64,000 nt of DNA from contig AP026127.1 of the NCBI GenBank assembly GCA_030295235.1, positions 434,001-498,000 on the forward strand, given 5' to 3'. Under the pieces are notes generated by a model. The model did not search any database. It was not told the origin of the DNA and saw nothing but the letters and a program-made list of their open reading frames with translations. Every line of letters begins with the position of its first letter. The first letter of the stretch is position 1. This document shows positions 49,975 through 62,508 of the stretch, one piece after another. This DNA is from Fistulifera solaris (lineage: Eukaryota). The position numbers and the translations under genes are program-made.

Positions 49975-51692
49975 ATGGAGATGAACATTCGAATCTTCGC
50001 AACGTTAGAAGAGGCCCAATCGGGACATGGCATCCCCCATCGTGATTACGCGCAATACCATGCGTATTGCACCAAACGACTGGCCCGATTGCGACGTGTG
50101 AAGGACGTTCGAACGCATCTTTGCACAATCACCGCTATGTCGAAGGAGTCTCCGGACGACGTCACGCTTACTGCGCACGAAAATATTATCAAGACGAAGA
50201 ATGCAAAGAACCTGTGGTAATGCATGAAAATCTGTTGTGGGATATTTTCTTTCAAGCCGAACGCGCGTGGGCGCAAGCCTGTGAAATGGAAGCGTCATCA
50301 CAATCCATAAAGTCTCACGTGCAGCGCCGATTGAATAAAGCAGCAAAATGGGCCAGCCAGATCCCCGAACTAGCGAAAAGCCTACAATGCGACGAAACGA
50401 CCATTCGCGAAGCCGAGGCGTACGCGGCGTGGATGAAGGGCAATGCGAGTTTGAAACGCGAAAGCTATGTAGAGGCGTTTCGTTCGTATCGGTCGTCGCG
50501 TCAGCTTTTGCTCCAGTTGGTGAAGGAGCTTGGCAAGTCTGCAGAAGTTGACGATGCGGACCGCCAAAGGCTTACTTTAAGCGATATCTGGATGACGAGA
50601 GCGGAATCTGTCATCAAGCCACTCGAACGATATTGTCATTACGAGGCGCGTGACGACTTGGAGCCTTCGGATCTCATTGACGAGGATCAAATCAGCTCTA
50701 CAACGGGCTCGAAATCAGCTGGCGGAATAATGTTGAACTTTCGCAGTAAACAAATCGCCCTGGACGAATACAAAGATCTGGCAGTCATGTACTTGAAGAT
50801 GGAAGAATCGCTCAAGAACCTCAACATGACATCGCATCATGACGAAGACAGCTTTATGAAGCTCTTTTCCGATTTGGATGATGCTGTGAAATGGACACAT
50901 TCGGCACTGCATCGATACGAATCACTGCCGGATGGCCCGGCAGTCAGTGCTCGCCGTCAGGATCTTCAAGCGATCGCGGCGTTCTTTGAATACCAAAAAC
51001 TCTCTGTTTGGGGGCAACGACAAGAAAGAAGAGTGACCGATTTAGATAGTAGTGCGGATATTTTACATGTATATGATACGCTGTTGCAGAATGCGCAAGC
51101 CATGCTAAATTTGCTCGATTCGGGAAATGGGGACGACATGCAAGACGACGCACAATGGCTTGAGGCTCAAGCCCACGTAATTCGTATTCGAGCCTTCCGC
51201 TGTTACTATCTGGCCCGACTCTTTGAAAGTTCAAATAGCGCGGTTGAAGTCTACCCGAAAGATATGCTGGCTTTCATCCAGTATACCAAGAAACTGGCAA
51301 AACGCGCCGAAGAAGAAATTGCGGCTTGTGACATGGAAGATGTCGATTGCTATCTCAAAGATCTAGAAAAGCTACAGAAAAAGATTGAGATTGCCACCTG
51401 TCGCATGAAAGCAGTTGAATTCTTGGAGCGCACGTCGGGAGGAGAAATGAGTAAACAAACGAATCGCCCTTTATGGATGCGTCTTGACGAAATGGATTGC
51501 GGATCGATTTTAGTGGACAGTCCTCCGTTGCCGGTGCCAATTCCAGGCAAGCCTATATTCTACGATATAGCTTGGCAGTATATTGGAGGCGATTATCCAA
51601 CCGACGTCCTGGAAGCATACATCAAAGAGCATGACGAGGAAGGAAAGACGGAGAAGAAGACACGTAGTGGGTTCTTCGGCTGGTTTGGATAA
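49975..51692 (+). CDS. SRP68: Signal recognition particle subunit SRP68
   Basis: AQSGHGIPHRDYAQYHAYCTKRLARLR, AERAWAQA, RRLNKAAKWA, EAEAYAAWMKG and PIPGKPIFYDIAW, ending GFFGWFG. Frameshift near 50120. Confidence 0.9.
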
Positions 51693-52031
51693 TTGTGCAT
51701 TGGATTAATTCGTCAAGCACTGCAGCGCTTTTCACCACTAAAAGCATTCAAAACTAATGATATTTAAGTTGAAAATCCAGTATTTCCTTGATATCCTCGT
51801 ACCAGGCAGCGGACTAAGGACGATACGTGATACGTCATGCACTTTACTTATACAAGTATACACGAAGCAAAAAGCTAAGAGATGATAAGTCTACAGTCTC
51901 TAGACTAGCCTAGTCTAGAGTTTCCGCACAGTACAATTCCCGTCTTAGATACTCTGGGTCTTGGTTTCGCAGTGACAAGTAGCTACAGAAGCAGATCTAA
52001 AAACGTGAAACGATCAACGATGACCTGGGCT

Positions 52032-52489
52032 GAGGATATGTTGGTAACCAGCGAAAAACTTTTTTTTGGGTCTACAACCAGCGCTTTTTACTCCAAAATG
52101 GTGACCTTCGCACAAAATAAATTATAGATCAATAATTATAACAGCAATTGACGTCGTTCCTGATGAACTTTGTCAATCGACAGCTGATTAACATTTCTGA
52201 GCATTTGTAGAAAAGAATTCGAAGTATTCATTCAACTAGGAGCATTAGAACGTCAGAGGTAGCAAACTCGGAGCTGGCAGTTTAGATGCATGGATATCGT
52301 TGATGTGAGGCACTGTGCTGCTAAAAAATAAACATGCATCTTCTAATTAAACAATATTATGATGTTAAAGACGAACTAGGCATGTTATGTTTAATTTCGA
52401 TTTGTTATCTAGCCTAAGGTGCAAAGGTGTGAAAAAGTGCTGGTTATAGACCCATAAAAAAGTTTTTCGCTGGTTACCAACATATCCTC
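52032..52489. mobile_element. Non-autonomous Mutator-like MITE (458 bp)
   Basis: About 58-bp terminal inverted repeats (GAGGATATGTTGGTAACCAGCGAAAAAC...). 9-bp target-site duplication ACCTGGGCT (52023-52031) / ACCTGGGAT (52490-52498). AT-rich non-coding interior. Confidence 0.85.
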
Positions 52490-52650
52490 ACCTGGGATGC
52501 AAAAAAATCCTTCTTGCCCGAAAAGAAGAGGAGATTTCGACAACTAAAATATAATTTCGACGCTACAAAGAAATAAAAGTAGATCATGCTGTACGTCGAG
52601 AAACGGGATTTCTAAAGTTATCGCCTTACTTCTCTAGACATTCCTTCAAC

Positions 52651-53305
52651 TCAGGGAAGGAGGGGAACGCCCAATTGTTCATGGACCATGAGGGCGAGGA
52701 TGCCCATTTGAGCGGCACGGCCGTTGTTCAACTCGATGGCACGCTTCTTAAGCTTCTCTTCCTCACTCTGCAGGAATGGCATGTTAAAAGCATGTTCATT
52801 GCAAACACGGATCAAAACATTCAAATTTACTTACGAAGGTATCCCAACCGAAGTCAATGGCGTCGTTGCGGAAGTCACCAATGTGTTCACCAGTTCCGGT
52901 GATGTCCTTCATGACGGACGACTCGAGGACACCGATGAAGAAAAGGAGCTGGACAAGTCCACCGGCAGGGATGGCCTTGAAGGCAGCGAAACCGTTGGGG
53001 ATGTCAGTGAACTTGGTTCCCGAAAGGTCAATGCTTCCTGGAAGGCGGACACCGGCCTCCTGGACAAGGTATCCGACAACGGCAAGCATGGAGATACGGC
53101 CGTGCTTCAATTCAACGAATCGGAGGCGGTCGAACTTCTCTTGGTCGCCATCGGTGACAAGGCCGAGGGGATCGAAAAATCCGAGCGGGGGTTGAGCACC
53201 GAGCTCATCCTCGAAGGCGCGAAGAGCAGTGCTCTGGGCAGTCTTCTGGGCCGGGGCGAAAGCGGCGGCGGAGGCGATAAGGGAGGCAAGAATAGCGGTC
53301 TTCAT
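52651..53305 (-). CDS. Lhcf: Fucoxanthin-chlorophyll a/c binding protein (intron 52768-52834)
   Basis: MKTAILASLIASAAA-FAP targeting peptide, GAQPPLGFFDPLG and ELKHGRISMLA. Exon 2 reads KRAIELNNGRAAQMGILALMVHEQLG. Confidence 0.97.
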
Positions 53306-53650
53306 GTTGAAATTATTGACGGACGTATTTTGTGAACGTGCCTCGGAAGGCGGAAAAGATCTTGAGGAATTTGTTCACGTACGTGGTGGTACGAAATCCT
53401 CTCTGTACACTTTATTTGACAGTGCACGTTGAAGGTCGGTCCAGCGATCGGTGTGCCGGTTGAAGCTGCAAAGATACAGGGTGTCCCCTGCCCAATGCAA
53501 ACAACGCACGAAAATGTGTACTTGAGGACGTCACTCCGCGGTTAACTTGTTGTAGTCCGTCTTAGCTAGAAAAATAGGTAAAAAGAAGCACTATCATGCA
53601 TTGTTTAGTTGCTTTAGCCATGATGAGTAATTCTATCTAATTATCATTTA

Positions 53651-55527
53651 TTAGAATATACCAGCCTGACGAGTCCACCACATGTTGGCGTCGTTCGGTG
53701 TCTTGAGCCACTGAATAGAGATATCCGCATCGTGGGAAATAGCATCCATGCTTTGTAGCTTTCGAAAGGAACTGTACGCTAGCTCAAAGCTGGGAAAGCG
53801 CACCTCACAACTACCCACTACCGCTCGATTGTTTTGTCCCGCATCGAGACACAATAGTAAACTGGGATGGAATTCATTGTTCAGCATGTATTCGGCGTCC
53901 ATAGTCGTGAAGCCTTCCGGCATATTTTCGAGATACAGACGACTCATGTCGGTGGCTCGAATGGATCGCACGGGGTGTCTGCGTATTATCATTCCAAACA
54001 CTCGCAGTGAATCCACCAAAGCTTTCTGACTGCCGTTCTCATCCACGAATGTCACTTGTCCGTACACGGGAGATCGGGGACGTCGCCAATTACGGAAGCT
54101 GCCTTTGTTGCTTTCCAGTTGTTTCTTGCGCAGCTCCTGAGCTTTAGAGGCACTGAGAGGACCGGGGTCTAAATCGGGTCTTTGATTGTATATTTGGATC
54201 TCTTCGACATCACCACAGCGCGCGTAAAGTTCATGTAGCTCATCTACGGTGATATCGATGGGCAAGTTGTCGAGAAACACGGTGCGTCGTGCCAGTTCCG
54301 ATATATCATCGAACAAAATTGATGTGTCTTCTTCCAACACGACTGCTTCAAACGTAGCGTGGCGGGGTTTTCGAAAACGACGATCGACTTTTGTGGTGCT
54401 GGATAATAGATCAGGAGTTGTTGTAGAACTTTCTATCTCTTTTGTCACGCCCAGTGCTTCTTCCTCATCGTCATCTAAAGGTGTGGAATCGCTTAATAGG
54501 GCCTCCGGATGACGTGCTACAGAATCGAGCAAGTCGTCCTGTAACGACATGAGCGAATCGACAAATTCCAGTTTGTATGCGTCCCAGGTCTCTTGAGATT
54601 TTTTAACCACTTCGTCTCGATCCACAACATTATAGTTCAGTCCTTCATTTAAATAAAAGAAATCAGCCACTTCCGCAGCAATGATATGATAATGCGTCGG
54701 TGCTCGTCGTTCAATACTTCTTCCCACCGTTTTCAGTGCCGACGGTGCGTCTCCCACAAAGTCCGCAAAAGACTGACTATGGCCTGATACAATCGCGGGG
54801 GTAACTGATCTCCCAAAAACTTGACGAGTCGCTGTGCCTCGCGTTTCTTCTGGGATTCTGATTTCGGGGTGTGTCTGTCCTGTCGCGCTTGCATTAGTTG
54901 TTGATGATTCCCTCGCGACAAGCCCGAGATTTCTTTCGCGTCCATCAAATTCCAAGTCAATCCAAAGGAACGTTCCCGCGCTGCCATCATGATTTCCACG
55001 TCTTCCGCACTGACACTTTTTTGCGACGTACTCCGATCGACCGTCATGTCACCGAGCAGCAGAAATTGCACAATCGCTCGTCGTAAATGAGCCAATCGCG
55101 ACGAATCGTCTTGTAGAATTGTTTGAAATTCCACAATCAGCGGTTCCTTGGCATCCGTTGCACGCAATCGTTCTAGTTCACCTTGTATTTTGGGAATGGG
55201 AAATCGTGCGGCTAATTTTTGAAACATGGCTTCCAACGATCGGCGATTCTTCTTTTCAATCATCCAGGATCCTTTCTTTTGTTCGAGCAATTGCGCCACC
55301 TTTGCTTTATTCTTTTGTTGCTGTTGTTTCCTTCTCTGTTTTAATCGAGCCAATCGTTTGGTGGCATTCTTGGGACCTTTGTGCTCGACATCGTTGGTAA
55401 AATGTTCGGATAAAGTCTCGGCAGAAAAGAATCGAGGCGATAAATGCGCATGCTGCCGCGGACGCACCAGATTCCTGGTTGCTAATGGGGTGCATTTGCT
55501 GCCTAGTATTCGAACATAACGATGCAT
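53651..55527 (-). CDS. RRM-containing protein, probably organelle-targeted
   Basis: RRTVFLDNLPIDIT...CGDVEEIQI and RLYLENMP RNP2-like motifs. Presequence-like N-terminus. Frameshift near 54750. Confidence 0.7.
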
Positions 55528-55799
55528 ATTATTGATATTTTAAATAATGTTCAAAGAGGGACACCATCGTCCTCTTGATTGTGCGATCGAAGAAAACGTT
55601 CGTGGTGGCGGGAGTATTTTCGTGGTGATGACGGAACAAGAAACAAAATCATAATGTAGTATGCGTTAATTTGTGGGTAAAACCGGTACGAGCAACTATT
55701 TATTAGGGAGTAAAACAGAGTACGGAATGCTGTCTAACGTCTAAGCTAACAATAAATCACTTTCAGCAAAAGATCGTGAGCGCTCCATTTGCCATTGTT

Positions 55800-56560
55800 G
55801 CAATGAAGTATCGGCGCTTGTCTACACGCCTTGATGGTTCAAAGTCGAAAAGCCTGCGAAACGCTGTTTGCCGTTTTTACTCTCACCTTATCCATGACTG
55901 CACTTCAGTCACGCATAATTATTTTCTCGGGCGACAATGCTGCCAATTTAAGCTTTGTCTATCGTCGTTGCTATGAAGTACGGAGTAACCTTTAGAAGTG
56001 TTTCATTACAAGTAGTGATATTTGTACGTCAAAAAGCCTTGCGAAACGTTTACCTGCCGTATTTTACTATCGTTTAGAGTGTCGTCCGTTTTCGTCAGCG
56101 ACTGAACTTCAGTCATGAATCATTATTCTTTCGAGCGATAACGCTGCCTACATTCGCTCGTTCAGCAAACATATTAAGCTTTATCTATCGTCTTGGCTGT
56201 GAAATAACCTTTAGAAGTGTTTCATTACAAGTAGTGATATTTGTACGTCAAAAAGTCTTGCGAAACGTTTGCCTGCCGTGATTTTACTATCGTTTAGAGT
56301 GTTGTCCGTTTTCGTCGCGACTGAACTTCAGTCATGAATCAATATTCTTTCGAGCGATAACGCTGCCTACACTAGCTCGTTCAGCCAATATCTTAAGCTT
56401 TATCTATCGTCGTTGCTATGAAATAACCTTAGAAGTGTTTCATTACAAGTAGTGATTTTTGTACGTCAAAAGCCTTGCGAAACGCTTGCCTGCCGTATTT
56501 TACTATCGTTCAAAGTGTTGTCCGTTTTGGCCACGACTGCTTTTTTTTATAACTTTAGTC
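55800..56560 (+). repeat. Tandem array 3: about 3.5 units of about 219 bp (same family)
   Basis: AACCTT(T)AGAAGTGTTTCATTACAAGTAGTGA at 55987, 56206 and 56425. ATTTTACTAT at 56061, 56281 and 56497. GACTGAACTTCAGTCATGAATC hairpin. Confidence 0.92.
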
Positions 56561-56719
56561 ACACACGCGGTCCGTGCTACGTACGTCCATTTTTCGTGGC
56601 TCAAATTTTTGACAGCGACAGTTTGTTGCAACGCAATAAAAAACCGCCATCATTTACAACCTATCTTTTGTTATCGACAAAGGTTTGCAAACATTACTTT
56701 TTTCTTTTCTCCAACCAGG

Positions 56720-57647
56720 ATGCTATCGAATCACTTTCTACGCCACGCTTCGGCGTGCTGCCGTGTCACCACACAGCACATGCTTTATCATTCGCGCGCG
56801 CATCCCAAACCCATTCCGGAAATTGCCGTTACAGATGCCCTGTCTTCGTTATTAAAAGATGTGAACGGACGAAAACGTTTGCGTTCTCGACGATTCAAAC
56901 GTCGAGGAGTCGAAACTACTGTGGAACATCCCGATGAGACGATTGAATTGGCCGTCAATTTGAATTTAGATCCCCGCAAACCGGGTCAAGCGTTGCGTGG
57001 CAGCATTTCCCTGCCCAACGGCACGGGAAAGAAACAAATGGATTGTTTGGTATTTACGTCCGATCCGGCACTCCAAGAAGCGGCCCTACAGGCGGGTGCG
57101 AAATATGCCGGAGGAGAAGGTTTGGCCGACGAAGTTGTCGCGGGCCGCGTCGCGGTCGACACCATTCAACGTTCGTTGGCGACGGCCGAGATTTTGCCCA
57201 TCATTTCCAAAAAAAGTCGCACGATTGTTAGGTCCCCGGGGTCTGATGCCCAACGCGAAAGAAGGTACGCTGCTACAGGGCAGTGCCGAATTGTTGGAAG
57301 CCCTCGAAACGCAATTGGCGGGCAAACAAGTGCCGTACCGGACCGAGAAAGAAGGCATCGTGCATGTCCCCGTCGGTAAGGGTTCGTTTGGGAAAGCCAA
57401 ATTATTGGAGAATATCGGTCAAGTCATGAAGACCATCTTTGATGTGAAACCGGAAAATTACGGCAAGGGAAAGAAAAAGAAAACGACGGGCAAAGGAACC
57501 AAATATTTGTTGCGAGCTAGTGTCTCCAGTACACAAGGAAAAGGGGTTCGTCTCGATCTGCGTACCGTCGATCCCAATAGCACCTTCTTTCTCACTTCTC
57601 CGGAAGAAGTAGCAAAAGCAGCATTGGTGCCGGACGCGCAGGGATGA
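56720..57647 (+). CDS. rplA: Organellar (bacterial-type) ribosomal protein L1
   Basis: DETIELAVNLNLDPRK...LRGSISLPNGTGK, ARLLGPRGLMPNAKEGT, GIVHVPVGKGSF and VSSTQGKG. The A7 run at 57209 shifts the frame; it is A6 in the duplicates. Confidence 0.92.
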
Positions 57648-59272
57648 AGAAATAGATGCGCTTATCAAATTAATGATAGAAATTTCGTCTTAACTTGTAC
57701 GAAATAAATCATTTTATAATACAATTGTAGGGCGTTTATTGACGTAAGATGGATGCACTGTTATTCGGTTGGAGGTCTATCTACTACTTGATTGTCTCAT
57801 TCCACCGTAGCAGTGTTTTCCGCATTCATAAACTTTTGCACTAGACTCTCCGAGAAGTTCCAAAGATCCTCTTGCAGACGGCCGAGATTTTGCCCATCAT
57901 TTCCAAAAAAGTCGCACGATTGTTAGGTCCCCGGGGTCTGATGCCCAACGCGAAAGAAGGTACGCTGCTACAGGGCAGTGCCGAATTGTTGGAAGCCCTC
58001 GAAACGCAATTGGCGGGCAAACAAGTGCCGTACCGGACCGAGAAAGAAGGCATCGTGCATGTCCCCGTCGGTAAGGGTTCGTTTGGGAAAGCCAAATTAT
58101 TGGAGAATATCGGTCAAGTCATGAAGACCATCTTTGATGTGAAACCGGAAAATTACGGCAAGGGAAAGAAAAAAGAAAACGACGGGCAAAGGAACCAAAT
58201 ATTTGTTGCGAGCTAGTGTCTCCAGTACACAAGGAAAAGGGGTTCGTCTCGATCTGCGTACCGTCGATCCCAATAGCACCTTCTTTCTCACTTCTCCGGA
58301 AGAAGTAGCAAAAGCAGCATTGGTGCCGGACGCGCAGGGATGAAGAAATAGATGCGCTTATCAAATTAATGATAGAAATTTCGTCTTAACTTGTACGAAA
58401 TAAATCATTTTATAATACAATTGTAGGGCGTTTATTGACGTAAGATGGATGCACTGTTATTCGGTTGGAGGTCTATCTACTACTTGATTGTCTCATTCCA
58501 CCGTAGCAGTGTTTTCCGCATTCATAAACTTTTGCACTAGACTCTCCGAGAAGTTCCAAAGATCCTCTTGCAGACGGCCGAGATTTTGCCCATCATTTCC
58601 AAAAAAGTCGCACGATTGTTAGGTCCCCGGGGTCTGATGCCCAACGCGAAAGAAGGTACGCTGCTACAGGGCAGTGCCGAATTGTTGGAAGCCCTCGAAA
58701 CGCAATTGGCGGGCAAACAAGTGCCGTACCGGACCGAGAAAGAAGGCATCGTGCATGTCCCCGTCGGTAAGGGTTCGTTTGGGAAAGCCAAATTATTGGA
58801 GAATATCGGTCAAGTCATGAAGACCATCTTTGATGTGAAACCGGAAAATTACGGCAAGGGAAAGAAAAAAGAAAACGACGGGCAAAGGAACCAAATATTT
58901 GTTGCGAGCTAGTGTCTCCAGTACACAAGGAAAAGGGGTTCGTCTCGATCTGCGTACCGTCGATCCCAATAGCACCTTCTTTCTCACTTCTCCGGAAGAA
59001 GTAGCAAAAGCAGCATTGGTGCCGGACGCGCAGGGATGAAGAAATAGATGCGCTTATCAAATTAATGATAGAAATTTCGTCTTAACTTGTACGAAATAAA
59101 TCATTTTATAATACAATTGTAGGGCGTTTATTGACGTAAGATGGATGCACTGTTATTCGGTTGGAGGTCTATCTACTACTTGATTGTCTCATTCCACCGT
59201 AGCAGTGTTTTCCGCATTCATAAACTTTTGCACTAGACTCTCCGAGAAGTTCCAAAGATCCTCTTGCAGACG
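57181..59272. repeat. Three tandem 696-bp copies spanning the 3' ends of L1 and the convergent SDR gene
   Basis: Junction GACG at 57181, 57877, 58573 and 59269 (exact 696-bp period). In the regions compared, copies differ only in homopolymer lengths. Confidence 0.97.
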
Positions 59273-60341
59273 TTCATCTAAAGCCAATTCATTAATCACT
59301 TCTTTGGACTGAGGGTGAAAATATTTTCCGCGAATGTTTTCGGATGCCAGTCGATCTTTCGCTACACCCAAAAAGTGGCCCGTCAATGCACCTTCCTCGG
59401 TACTCCACAATACCGACTGCAGCTTGTCAAACACTTTCAACATAAAGGGTGCTTCCGAGAAAATCTTGTCGACCAAAGGTGTCCGGACGAGACCCGGGTG
59501 AAAGGCATTAACGTAGATGTTAGAATTGGGTCCTAGACGCTTCGTGAGGGCTTTTGACCAAACGATTTGTGCCAACTTGGACTGTCCGTAAGACAGATTT
59601 TCCATGCCTTTCATGAAAGGCTCTTTACAACCATTCAACGTCTCCAGATCGGTAGCAACGCGGTACGAATAGGTACTGAAGCTCGATCCGGAGGACGTCG
59701 AAACAACGCGCGCCATGTCGGATCGTTTCAGCATCGGTTCCAATAGTTTGTATAGAAAATGGTGCGAAAGATAGTTGACTTGAAACATTTCTTCCATACC
59801 ATCCGCAGTGATCGGAACACAGTCTTTCGGACCGTCTTTTTTGGGAACATAATTGTATCCGGCATTGAGAAATAGCATATCCAATGCTTTCCCACCATGG
59901 TGCAGCATGTATTCGTGGGCCGACTCTCGTACGGATGCCAACGAGGCCATGTCCATAAGGGTCGTCATAACGGGCCCTTTGGGATTTTCCTTTTGAATTG
60001 AAGCGGCGGCTTCGGCGCATTTCGTGACGGACCGACACGCCAGAGTCACTTCGGCTCCCAATTTCGCCAATTGACGAGCCACTTCGTAACCGATTCCGGA
60101 ATTCGCACCCGTCACCAAAGCCCTCTGGCCCGAAAGATTCTGTTTGTTGAGATCTTCAAACGAGAAACCCCACGGTTCATCCGCAAATGCCGGCGACAAC
60201 CCTTCCAGTGGGGGGAGCACATTGTTTGAGAAGTCGATATACTCCAATGTGACGAGGAATTTCCGTAAAGAGGAACACATGCACCAAAATGGCCACGAAC
60301 ACCGCCAGGTAGGCACCGGATTTCAACAGATGATTCAACAT
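59189..60341 (-). CDS. Short-chain dehydrogenase/reductase (retinol dehydrogenase-like) with N-terminal membrane anchor
   Basis: ALVTGANSGIGY, LFLNAG, VNYLSHH, catalytic YGQSK and FHPGLVRT. ATG at 60341 gives a hydrophobic N-terminus joined across a C-run near 60210. Confidence 0.9.
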
Positions 60342-60699
60342 GGTAGACAATGTATGATATGAGAATGATCGACGCGCTTTGTGAAGGTTCTTGTTGGTTC
60401 TAGAGTGATGGAATGAGCATAATGCGGTTGAAATTTATTATGCGAGCGTATCGACTTCCTTATTGTTCCAGTTTTTGAAGATCCGTTGCGGTCATTCTGA
60501 AATTCACTATGACGTCTAATGTATGTGACAATGTCTCCGACTCGAACTGTTTCAGTCCCGGAAATTCCTCGAATTTTTTAGACTAAAATTTTTTGTATTT
60601 TGATCAATAATTGATCATGACACACTAGCTAGCTAGATAAAACGTTCTACGAAATTTTTTAAAAAAAATGGCTTAACATATACTACGTACTCCGTAGTC

Positions 60700-62196
60700 T
60701 TTAGGCTTACGGCAGCCAAGCCTAGAGGTTGTACAGTAGGCTTGAACCAAAACACAAAGGATTCCGTTTTGCGTCCCTCGCATCCATCCATTGTCATTCA
60801 ACTGCGAATACAATCATAATTACGGGTAAAGAAAGTTCCAACAAAGATGATTCTAAAGTATTTCTGTTAAGAGTTTTTTTTTAATTTTCAGGTCGAAAAT
60901 CCGAGGATCGACACGTTGAATTTTCACTATGAACCGGAGTGTTGGTTTACACCAGCCAAGACTGGATTGTACAGTAGTCATGAACCGAAAACCGAACAAC
61001 AAAGGGTTCCGTTTTGCGTCTCTCGCATCCATCCATTGTCATTCAACTGCGAATACAATCATAATTACGGGTAAAGAAAGTTCCAACAAAGATGATTTTA
61101 AAGTATTTCTGTTAAGAGTTTTTTTTTTATTTTCACGTCGAAAATCCGAGGATCGACACGTTGAATTTTCACTATGAACCGGAGTGTTGGTTTACACCAG
61201 CCAAGACTGGATTGTACAGTAGTCATGAACCGAAAACCGAACAACAAAGGGTTCCGTTTTGCGTCTCTCGCATCCGTCCATTGTCATTCAACTGCGAATA
61301 CAATCATAATTACGGGTAAAGAAAGTTCCAACAAAGATGATTTTAAAGTATTTCTGTTAAGAGTTTTTTTATTTTCACGTCGAAAATCCGAGGACCGACA
61401 CATTGAATTTTCACTATGAACCGGAGTGTTGGTTTACACCAGCCAAGACTGGATTGTACAGTAGTCATGAACCGAAAACCGAACAACAAATGGTTCCGTT
61501 TTGCGTCTCTCGCATCCGTCCATTGTCATTCAACTGCGAATACAATCATAATTACGGGTAAAGAAAGTCGCAACAATGATAGTTCTGAATGACTTGTTAA
61601 GAGTCTCTTTTGTTTTCACGTCGAAAATCCGAGGATCGACACGTTGAATTTTCACTATGAACCGGAGTGTTGGTTTACACCAGCCAAGACTGGATTGTAC
61701 AGTAGTCATGAACCGAAAACCGAACAACAAAGGGTTCCGTTTTGCGTCTCTCGCATCCGTCCATTGTCATTCAACTGCGAATACAATCATAATTACGGGT
61801 AAAGAAAGTTCCAACAAAGATGATTTTAAAGTATTTCTGTTAAGAGTTTTTTTTATTTTCAGGTCGAAAATCCGAGGATCGACACATTGAATTTTCACTA
61901 TCAACCGGAGTGTTGGTTTACACCAGCCAAGACTGGATTGTACAGTAGTCATGAACCGAAAACCGAACAACAAAGGGTTCCGTTTTGCGTCTCTCGCATC
62001 CGTCCATTGTCATTCAACTGCGAATACAATCATAATTACGGGTAAAGAAAGTCCCAACAATGATAGTTCTGAATGACTTGTTAAGAGTTTTTTTATTTTC
62101 ACGTCGAAAATCCGAGGATCGACACGTTGAATTTTCACTATGAACCGGAGTGTTGGTTTACACCAGCCAAGACTGGATTGTACAGTAGTCATGAAT
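60700..62196 (+). repeat. Tandem array 2: six near-identical 240-245 bp units plus a degenerate lead unit (same family)
   Basis: TTTTCACTAT(G/C)AACCGGAGTGTTGGTTTACACCAGCCAAGACTGG, with the ATG/ATC at 60929, 61174, 61416, 61657, 61900 and 62140. Confidence 0.97.
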
Positions 62197-62508
62197 CGCA
62201 CTTGCTTCATTTCCAAAACGTCGCCTTTGACATCACAACAAAGCAATGTCGACTTCATTGCCATCCATTGTTCGTCCTAATATATTAAATGAAATAAATA
62301 AACAGGTGTTTCTGCTTCGTTTTCTCTTTCACAGCGGCCAAAGCAACAATCCACCGTCAAGCTTTTTCTTGAAGGTCCCAAAAGGACCCCAATTTTGCCG
62401 GACGGGGTCTTAAAAAATAACTGCAACGCTTATTGGCATTACTAGCTTGGTATCCCACGTGTTGCTGTTAAATTATTATTTCCTCTTCTATTTACTTAAC
62501 TATTGATG

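Noticed and set aside
52724..53335. 203-aa ORF antisense to Lhcf, and similar antisense ORFs over DUR3, Rab8 and DENN
   Set aside because: These are shadow ORFs caused by codon bias on the coding strand, with no recognisable motifs.
57872..58912. Two extra L1 genes
   Set aside because: They are 3'-half fragments from the 696-bp triplication, with no ATG, targeting peptide or N-terminal domain.
1869..60341. Frameshifts in many genes, suggesting mass pseudogenisation or programmed frameshifting
   Set aside because: Most of those examined fall in homopolymer runs and hit essential genes (SRP68, L1, DcpS). Tandem L1 copies differ in those run lengths (A7 vs A6, A5 vs A6). This is best explained by sequencing consensus error.
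60700..62196. CRISPR-like array or repeated small ORFs (MNRSVGLHQPRLD...)
   Set aside because: Whole 240-245 bp units repeat with no unique spacers, no cas genes are present and the context is eukaryotic. The ORFs vary in frame and stop position between units.
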